A stretch of DNA of 64,000 bases from the NCBI GenBank assembly GCA_012295275.1, contig CM022670.1, forward strand, positions 4,650,001 through 4,714,000, in the 5' to 3' direction. The notes below the pieces were generated by a model that had not been told where the DNA came from, ran no database searches, and saw only the letters and a program-made list of their open reading frames with translations. Source of the DNA: Chrysomallon squamiferum. Its lineage: Eukaryota > Animalia > Mollusca. Made by a program: the position numbers and the translations under genes. Positions 53,953 through 64,000 of the stretch are shown piece after piece; the stretch's first letter is position 1, and each line of letters starts with the position of its first letter.

Positions 53953-54136
53953 TAATAGCTTCATCTTCATCATCATAATTTATTTTATCGTCATCAGCAT
54001 CATTGTTATCATCATTATATTGGTAGTAGTAGTAGCAGTAGTAATAATAATAGTAGTATAGTTGTTGTACAAGTGGTAGCAGTAGTAGTACTATTAATAT
54101 TATAATTATTTTCATCATCAAAATCATTGCTGTTAC

Positions 54137-54187
<51 letters not shown>

Positions 54188-54212
54188 GAATATTATTATT
54201 ATTATTATTATT
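53904..54212. repeat. (ATT)n-rich low-complexity tract
   Basis: Read directly from the sequence. Confidence 0.85.
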
Positions 54213-54557
54213 AGTGCAGCATGGTTATATTTATTAAATAATAAATAATTTGGCATTAGATAGAATACAGTAATATAAGGATTTGGCTTAGACTGTTCAA
54301 TATAATGTGATTTGTGACTGCAATAAGCAGCTGGTTATCTCAGATCATTTAGTTTATTATGGGAAAACGGTTATTGTCATTGTTGTAGTTCATTTTATTA
54401 ATACTGCTACAGCTACTGTTACAACTACAACTATTTCGGTGAAAATAACAATAATTGTTGTTGTTGTTGCTGCAGCTTCTGTGATTACTTCGACTACAAC
54501 TACGTCCGGGCTTTTTAAAAAATTATTGTTAGATCGATTAACACAATTATCATAGCT

Positions 54558-54599
54558 ATTATTATTATCATTATCATTATCATTATTGTCATTATCATG

Positions 54600-54677
<78 letters not shown>

Positions 54678-54701
54678 GTTATTGTTATTGTTATTATTAT
54701 T
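54558..54701. repeat. (ATT)n microsatellite
   Basis: Read directly from the sequence. Confidence 0.95.
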
Positions 54702-54714
54702 CACCTAAGTATAT

Positions 54715-54845
54715 TCATGAAAGAGCAAATCACGGCCTAGGTCTCAAACTAGTCACTGAACTGTAATGGGAAATAGCCTAGTGTGTCTACCGACAAGGAT
54801 GGATCCTACCTCCCGTGAAGCCAGACCTGCACTTAGGCGCCACAA
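54715..54845 (-). mobile_element. 5' fragment of the same SINE-like family in gene B intron 1
   Basis: The minus strand reads GGATCCATCCTTGTCGGT...GGCTATTTCCCATTACAG...GGCCGTG, with a B-box-like GGATC segment followed by the TATTTCCC block seen at 12.25 kb. Confidence 0.4.
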
Positions 54846-56550
54846 ACCCTCTCAGTACAGAAGGAGAAAAAACAATCAATTAAACAGAGAGACTTCTTCT
54901 CTTTTTTAAACCTAACACTTGCACGACGGCAGGCGCGGATTCCGGTGAAATATGTCCAAATATTAATTGAGCAAGCAATAAATACCAAAGCGATTCGAAA
55001 ATAAATATTTTCTGTTGGATTTTCTGCTTTTTCTGGGGCTATTTCTGTCAAGAGTTCGTTATCTGGCTTTGCGGCGAATCGAAAAGGTAAGCAGACTTTA
55101 TTTTGAGTTCGCAAGGTGTACTGGGACAACAGAAGCTGGACAAAACTGTGTTATGGCGAAGCATCATGAAAAGTTAAATATTTGGACAATCTGATATTGA
55201 AAAGTCAGCATAAACGTTTCGTGCAGGTCGCAGAATAAATATGGCTTCTTTTTTTCTGTCGGAGTTAAATGCGAAACAAAGCCTTTGTTAAAATACAAAT
55301 ATCTCGCAGATTCCAATCGCATACAAAGAAATGATTTTAAAAGAAGCCAGTGTAAATGTTATGTGTGTTTTTCTCGTCTATTTAAAAGGATGTGTAAGGC
55401 AGGTTCATGTGTGCGTGTTTATGTATGTGTATGTATAATATTATGTGTGAGTACATCTTATGTATGTGTGTATGTATGCATGAATGAATAAGAACCGCAT
55501 ATTTATATATACGTGTATGTCTTTGTGACCGTTTATAAAAAAAACACTAATTTCGAAATTCGAATTATAGCGAATAATATTTTCTGTGAAGAATTGAATA
55601 ACTGTGCGTGTGTGTGACAAATGTAGATAAAAACCTATAAAGACCACGTGCAAGCATATATATTATGCTATGATGGATGAAAAACATTATGGACACATAA
55701 TTTTTTTTTTTCCTGTTGTTTTTCTAGACACGGATGTAGTTATTTCTTATCTTAAACTGTTTTGTTTGTTTGTTTTTTTTCATTTATTTTATATCTGTTA
55801 TTTTCATTTACTTGTATAAAGGTTTTCATTCGTATTTCTAACAACAATCAAACGCAAATACCACAGCCGCGGCCTGCTATTCGGTCAGAATGTCTTAATT
55901 AAACACAAATATTGATCCATATAGATCTCCATGTCCGGCATCCGTTACAAGCGCATGCAAATAACAGTTTATTACGACACAACTGTTTATTACGTCGACG
56001 TATCCGTCGTCGGGTTTTTACGACGTATTTATTTAGTTCATTAGCTTTCTCTCTTTTACCATCTTTCCGCTGCAAAACTGGGATCGTTACCTGTGCGATT
56101 CTGGAATTGAATAACCATCTGGCTGGGTCATTACGATCATTAAACTGTATTATCCGATTATCAGCTTTTATCGACTGGTCGCGACTTCGTCTGTGTTGAA
56201 CACAACGGAAGGTCAGGTGCTCCGCGCGCCACTAATAGGATGCACGGTGCAGTGACAAGGGAGATAATTAAAGTCTGATTGATTGGTACCTGAACATGCA
56301 TCAATTAAAGTCGCAGCGAGAACGCTGATTGAGTTGCCAGACTTTTCGAGAGGTGAAGAAATTCTAATTATGCGAAATGACTTTCTAGATTAGTGTTACT
56401 ACTTAACTTTGCAATATCTACATTTAAAGTAGTGACGCTGAGAATCTGGCCATTTGTATCAGGATTGTGGTATGAACATACATCAGTCGAATTAGTCTGC
56501 GAAACTCCGTTCACTTAGTGTATTCAAGAAACATCTATTGTTTTTTTATT

Positions 56551-56588
<38 letters not shown>

Positions 56589-58147
56589 AATAAAAGTTCA
56601 GGCTGGAAGATTTCCATTTGATGTTATGTATTGTCAGATTTTTTTTTAAACTTCGGAAGAAGTATGAAGTTTTGGATGGGCTCAGATGACGAGTAAATCT
56701 GTACCACCATCTGTTACAACGAGTATGCATCGATTTTAAAACTATTACCATTACCCGATACAGCATGAAATAAAATAAGTATAAAAACAAAAACAAAAGC
56801 AGCTCACAAAGAAGCTGCAACAGTAAAATAAGACATAGCTGTAGAAGCCACTAAATCCCTTTTTCATTATTCAGGGGTTTTTTTTTGTGTGTGTGTGTTT
56901 TTCCTGAACTAAAACTTAATCGACGCAGAAAGCTAAAATCTTTGCCACATTCGTTGAATTTGAATCGGATCAATACGTCGGGGATTTCCGGCAATCAGTG
57001 GGGGTGTAATCGCCCCTTTGACGTCATGACGTGCAAGTGACAGGCTAAAACAAATATTTGACCGAGACCTCTTGCTGTCTTGGCTTGGATCAAATAAGTG
57101 TGATCCCCGTCACGAAGAATTCTACGAATATCTCGTGTATCGAGTGTCGATTTGCCGGCCGCTAAACGTAGGCGATTGGGAAATAAAGTGATTTGTTGCA
57201 GAGTTAGTTCTTGTAATAGAAACATTATTAGAGTTATCAATGTGTCTGTTATTTTTGGTTACTTGTTTATTTACTTATTTACCTGCTTTATATTTCGTTT
57301 AATTTATATTTAGTTATAACATTATTTTTAAATATATTTATATATGTATGTTTGTATGTACGATGTATGTATATACAAACATGGATATATAAATAGGTAC
57401 TGTATTTAACAGGTACTATATTTGCATATTAAAATAAATATAATATATAATGTGTCTATATGTCTGGACATATTTAATATATGTACATATCTATTAAAGT
57501 TTATCATTCTTATAATCTATTTGCCTTTTTATCTATCTATATACAAACATAAATATCCCTACTGTTATAAATCGACCATAAAATAAATGACAAATTAAAA
57601 CTGACATAAAAGTCTACACAGACAATGCCTGCGTTCAAGTCTGTCACAATGAAAACTAATTTTATATTTCTTTTCTGCAATAAATTCGCAATGTCGCGTA
57701 TCTGTCAACTTTTACTTCAGTTCTAACCTCCCCAAGTAACTGCAGTTTTCGGTGAATAAACAGATACTCAAGTTTAAACATGAACTGTCGACGTTTATTT
57801 GTTTTTAAATACAACGCAGTACCCCTGACACCAGCATGGCATCCCACAAACTCTGTCAGACCGTCTACCACCCAACGGGATGTTTATTATCTAACATGAA
57901 GTTTATTATGACGGTCAGGTATCCTGCATGTGCGTATATGACTGCGTGTGGTTTCCGTACAGCTGTACTGAAATCTTGGACTGGCAGAGACAAGGATCGA
58001 CTCTCCTTTCAGCCCAGCTTGGTTAATGTACTGTAAGTGTTTTATATAAAATGTTGTAATTTAATAAAACTATGAAATTCAGTTTTAATGAGTGTGATGC
58101 TTTGGTATTTGAGTATTTGGCATGCGTTTACATACATAAACTCACAA

Positions 58148-58794
<647 letters not shown>

Positions 58795-59346
58795 ACAACA
58801 GACAGACCGGCGGATAACAAAACAGAAAACATTAAAGTAATGAACAAACTGAGCTAGTAAATGTTTTTGTTCCTAACACAGTCGCAGTTACCACATACCG
58901 CACCACGTTGTATAATTCTACTGCCGTTCTCTGTGTTTATTTATTGTCCTAACTGCGAGTTATAAAACAATTTACATTTGTAAACTAACACCCTGTGTTC
59001 ACACAGACCAAACAGAATTAGCGAAATCACCACGAGTTTTTTTCGTCTGTTAAATACATCAACAGAAAGATGTTTGTTGGTTCCACGAAAAATTACCTAA
59101 TATGACTGACAAACAACACTTAGCTGTAGTTCTGCCTGGTACACAGTTTAAGCCATTGAAAATAAGGAAGTAGCTGGATCGAACAATGCTACCCAAATTT
59201 CTTTTTATTCTTCTTTTTTTTTTTCATGGAGTTTTTAATTAAATATATTTTGTTCGTTAATTGATTAATACAATTTTATATAAATCACATAAAAAAAATA
59301 TCAAGTGTATAATATTCTATTGTTTGAAATCTTAGTATGAGCAAAT

Positions 59347-59348
<2 letters not shown>

Positions 59349-59430
<82 letters not shown>
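59349..59430. repeat. (TG)n microsatellite
   Basis: Read directly from the sequence. Confidence 0.97.
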
Positions 59431-59432
<2 letters not shown>

Positions 59433-60014
59433 ATGTATACACATATGTACAGGCGTATATGGGTGTTCGTTGTACAAACATAAATGAAATGATGCGTGTA
59501 TTTATTTATTTATCTATGTATGTGAATATACTTTTAACGTGTGTATGTGTGTCTGGTATGTCAAATTGTTTTCATACTTAATTCTATAAGTTAAATAATA
59601 TTTACGCATTTTCGCAAATCCTGTCCTTGACATAATAAAAATTCAATTACTTCAACTAAGTACGCACGTATCAGTTTATCACGTTTTTCTAATTTATTTC
59701 AAACCTGACATGAAAAATGAAAAATGAAATACTGCAGTTCGCGTTTTCTGATAAGCGAAGTATTTAAACATCTTGAAGATTCTGAGAAAAGGCAGACATG
59801 TTTTTTGACAGTGAGTAGGCAGACGGACAATCCTGATTTATCACGTGAAGCTTCATTATTTTTGATAAATTGAGTCTGCTCGTAAGAAACCATTGTTAGG
59901 TGATGTTACTCCAGCAAGCACCAACAAGAAAAGAAGATAATAAATGAATTTCACGAAACGTGGTTTTAGAATTAACTGAAACGTGCTGTGAGATTTATAT
60001 GGAGTCTTTGGGTA

Positions 60015-60048
<34 letters not shown>

Positions 60049-60553
60049 TTTTTTTTTTTTTTTTTTTTTTCTTCTGATAAATGGGTAAAGGAACATGAAA
60101 CTAACTCCTTGTTTTCACTTTTTTTCTTCTCTTTTTCTTTCTTTTGGAAATTGTTTTTTTTTTTTTTTTTTTTCTTTTTTTTTTTTTTTTGACACCCGAG
60201 AACTACTTGATAAATTATTTTCATGTTTTACAAGCATTTTGGGGAGACAAAAAAAAATAGAAAATGAATAAAAAAAATAAATTAGGTGGGACTACATTCT
60301 CAGATTTAATTTATTTTTATTGAAGTTGATAGAAATCTGACCAAATTTTCAAACATAATTTATTTTGCTTGAAACTGATAGCAATCTATCTCATGGTTTT
60401 AGATCGTTTTAGTGCAAATTTGTTGTATGTTTCGAGTATCTTAGAAGTTAAAATTTCATATTCAGTTCACTGTTTCAGTTAGTTTTCTATAATGTAATTG
60501 GATTCATCTCTTTTTTTTTTTTTTTTTCTTTTTTGTCGGTTATTGTTTGTGGT

Positions 60554-60563
60554 GTTATTATTA

Positions 60564-60659
<96 letters not shown>
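60554..60659. repeat. (ATT)n(AGT)n compound microsatellite
   Basis: Read directly from the sequence. Confidence 0.95.
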
Positions 60660-60801
60660 CTGAACATCTAAACATAACTTACGTATGTAACTAACTTTAG
60701 TTCCAGTTACTCTACGATTTTAAATAAAAACTTTTACCAAATGTTCACAAAATACATTGAAGAATATGAAATGTAACATAGCACACTTTTCAATAAATAG
60801 C

Positions 60802-60838
<37 letters not shown>

Positions 60839-61249
60839 ATTGTTGTCGTCGTTGTTGATATTACTGTTGTTGTTTTGTTACTGTTAAACACTTTTAATGG
60901 AAGAGGTGTTTAAGAGAGAATGTATGTGCATATTAACAGGCAAGAAACTTATAACTTTATTGCAGAAAAGACACTAGATATAGTATTTAATTGTTGTTGT
61001 TTTTTGTTGTTTTTTTTGTTTTGTTTTGTTGGGTTTTTTTGTTTTATTTTATTGTTTTTGTGGGGTTTTTTTGTGTTTTTGTTGTTGTTTTTTGCAGGGG
61101 GTTTTTGGTTCTTTTTTATGTTGTATAATACTATAATTTCTTTTACAATATTTTCAGGTATTACTGAAATAACATCTTTAAAAAAAGATTCGCATTCGAT
61201 TTGAAGATATTCTAAAAAAAAATACTGAAATTTAAAAAACATAATTTAC

Positions 61250-63955
61250 CTGATTTTGTGCATCTTTCTGCATCATCTGTCCCACATTGGTCTGTCTTCC
61301 GTTCAGTACAAATCCAAATTCGCTGTCGTCACTCGATCTCTTCTGTTTCTCGTCTCTATCCTCTACAAGACCTCCCAGTTTCGTCTTGTCTAGGTAACCA
61401 GGCGTGGTGTTAGCAACGTACACTGGTGCCCCTCTGTTACACCGCCTCTTCTTGTCGTTACGCCGCATGACAATAATCACGAGGACGATGACGGCGGAGA
61501 TGATGGCGGTCAAGCAGATGAGGGAGACGGTGATGAGGACGTTCTGCTCGTTGGCCGAAGTGGCGCCACCTCGCGTTCCATTGCCCAGAAGCACGTGCAC
61601 GAGTAACAGAGCGTACGAGGCACGTGGTGGCAGTCCTCTGTCCTGAACCGTTAGCATCAGCCTGTAGATGCCGATATCACTCTTCTCAAGAAACCTCGAC
61701 ATAGTAATCTCCCCCGTGTCGTGGTTGATGACGAATCTTCGGCTGTCGTTTCTGGAGCCGATGACGTATTTAAGCTGACCGTTTTTGCCACTGTCGACGT
61801 CGTGAGCTACAACCCGAGCGAAAACTTTATCCGGCTTGTCAGAAATTGTCACATTAGAAATGTAGTCTTCATTGTTTGGAAAGGAAATCACGGGGAAATT
61901 GTCATTTTCATCCAGAACAGAAATTTCTACCTCCGCTGAAGAACTGAGAGGCGGTTTCCCTTTGTCTGCTGCAATGACTTTAAATCTGTACGTTGATCTC
62001 ACTTCGTAATCTAAAGAACCCTGAACCACAACACTGCCGTTCTCGAACAAGAAGAACGGTGATATATCCACGTTGTCTTCGTCTAACTTTATGACCACTT
62101 TCCCGTTGTCGCCTGCTTCGAAATCAAAAGCATTCACTGAACCCACATACTTGCCTGTCTCTACGTTTTCTGAGACGGAAAACTCGTAAAGGTTTCTTGT
62201 CAGTTTCGGTTTCTCGTCATTTACGTCTAAGATTGTCACGACCACCCGTGCTGTAGACGAGAGACTTGGCATTCCCCTGTCTGCAGCTTTAACGGTTAAC
62301 TTCCACGATCTCCGACTCTCGTAGTCAAATATTGTATTTGTTTTAACTTCGCCAGTGTCGGGTGAAACCAGAAACTGACTGCTGTTGGAAGAAAGAATGG
62401 AATATTCAATTTTCCCATTGTCTCCTTCGTCGCTGTCGTTCGCGATCACTGTCACAATCGTGTCGCCGATGTTGTTGTTTTCGCGGACGCTGACAAAGTA
62501 GACAGACTGCGTGAAAAGCGGCGGATTGTCGTTCTCGTCGCTGACTCTGACGTCGAAGGTGGCGTGGGCGCTGAGCGGAGGACTGCCTGCATCTTGACAT
62601 GACACGGTGACGGAGTGAACGGGCGTCAACTCGTGGTCGAGAGGTTTCGAAACGATCACTTTGTACTCGTTCAGATCGAAACCCTGAAGTTCGAAATACT
62701 GATGAACTGACAGCTGACAGCGGGCGATTCCGTTTCGACCTCGGTCTGAGTCGTGCACGGCTATGTGCGCTACGACTGTGCCAATGTTTGCGTTCTCCGA
62801 CACCAGAGAGAAGTTTCTGCTGGAAAGTAAATTAACCCGAATCTTTGGCGCATCGTTCACTGTGTCCAGAACGTTAACGGTGACCATTGTCTGCGTGGTG
62901 TAAGACTTCACACCTTTGTCACTCGCCTCCACAATTATCTCGTACTTCTCATCCTCCTCTTTTTGTAAGTCGTTCACAACGATCAGGTTCCCAGTCTTTG
63001 AGTCAATGGAAAACAACTTCAAAATTTTAGACGACTGATACTGACTTAATCCGTACACGACGGCACCGTTGTCGCCGGAGTCAGCGTCTGTGGCAGTCAC
63101 GGTGAGAATGGTTGAGTTTGGTTTAATATTCTCCTCCACGGTGATGTTGTAGGAAAGCGGAAAGAACCTGGGTTTGTTGTCGTTCACGTCAGTAACTTTG
63201 ACTCTAACTCTCATGACTCCTTCTAAAGAAGGTTCTCCGCCATCAGCTGCAATGAGTTTTAACTCGTACTGTTTGGTAGCTTCAAAATCTAATTCTTTCT
63301 TTGTAAACACATTCACTTCAGAAGTACCATCCACCTTCGTGCTGTAGATTATACCAAACGAATCATCGGGCGACTCCAGTCTGTACGTTTGTATGGAATA
63401 TTTCCCTGAATCCATATCTCTAGCACCGGTTATTAAAATTGTGGTATTCACAGAAATGCTTTCAGAAACTTGGACAGTCGTTTCGTTTTTAGGGAATATC
63501 GGCACGTTGTCGTTAACGTCTTCTAGAACGATTTTTAACTCGACTGTCCTGAAAAACTGATTTAGTATCGACTTGATGGCCACTTCGATAACAAACACAC
63601 AAGATGATGTAAAGCGACACAACTTCTCCCTGTCCAGCGACTTGCTTGTATCAGACGAAGTGCTCAGATCTCCAGACCGTTCATCCAGACTGAATAATTC
63701 GATATTGGGATCGTCCCGTGTTAAAAAACTGTATCTGAGATTACTGAAATCGTCTTTGCTGATAATGGTGTTCAGACCCGTATCTTGAGGGATGTTGCCG
63801 ATGTAGGAGCCAGGACGTTGCTCTTCGGGGATGGTGTAGATATGTTTGAGTTCGGCACAAGACGTGAACGTAATTACACTCAAGACATTAAGTAAGAGAA
63901 CGCATTTCGCACATATTTGTTTAGATGACTGATTCCTAGACATGATGAAGATCAT
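61250..63955 (-). CDS. Pcdh: Protocadherin gene B (delta1-like, 7 EC repeats), large first coding exon: signal peptide, EC1-EC7, TM, juxtamembrane tail (902 codons)
   Basis: Uninterrupted ORF with seven cadherin repeats, DREKLC-x5-C in EC1 and TM VLITVSLICLTAIISAVIVLVIIVM. Phase-0 donor CAG|GTAAAT at 61250/61249. The start could be the ATG at 63955 or the one at 63943. Confidence 0.97.
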
Positions 63956-64000
63956 TCTTTTGCAATTAATTCTGAAACAGATAAAACTTTAATTAAAATT

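Overview
AT-rich, microsatellite-dense animal DNA, most likely molluscan; a gastropod is suggested by recalled similarity of the SINE relics, and this is unverified. The window holds two paralogous delta1-type protocadherin genes in convergent (tail-to-tail) orientation, about 35 kb apart. Gene A (+) has coding exons 226-2915, 11118-11240, 12697-12799 and 14135-14817. Gene B (-) has coding exons 63955-61250, 53044-52916, 52424-52322 and 50384-49739. Each encodes a signal peptide, 7 cadherin repeats, a TM helix and a cytoplasmic tail with SDSGRGGSE, (K/R)xVTF and DDDRSTTTSGSYT motifs, about 1,195-1,200 aa once repaired. Intron phases are identical (0,0,1) and the introns after the large exons are 8,202 and 8,205 nt. 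As assembled, each gene has one net -1 frame break (gene A in EC6, gene B in the last exon); these could be assembly errors, real lesions or, for gene B, bypassed by an alternative acceptor. Non-coding space consists of roughly 300-600 bp CpG-richer islands separated by simple repeats. The most notable unexplained signals are a hairpin-dense, G:U-rich block in gene A intron 1 (about 7440-7870), a second copy of one of its hairpins with a compensatory change at 28454-28480, clusters of CAGGT[AG] sites and a near-consensus CTCF site. All counts and pairings were done by eye.
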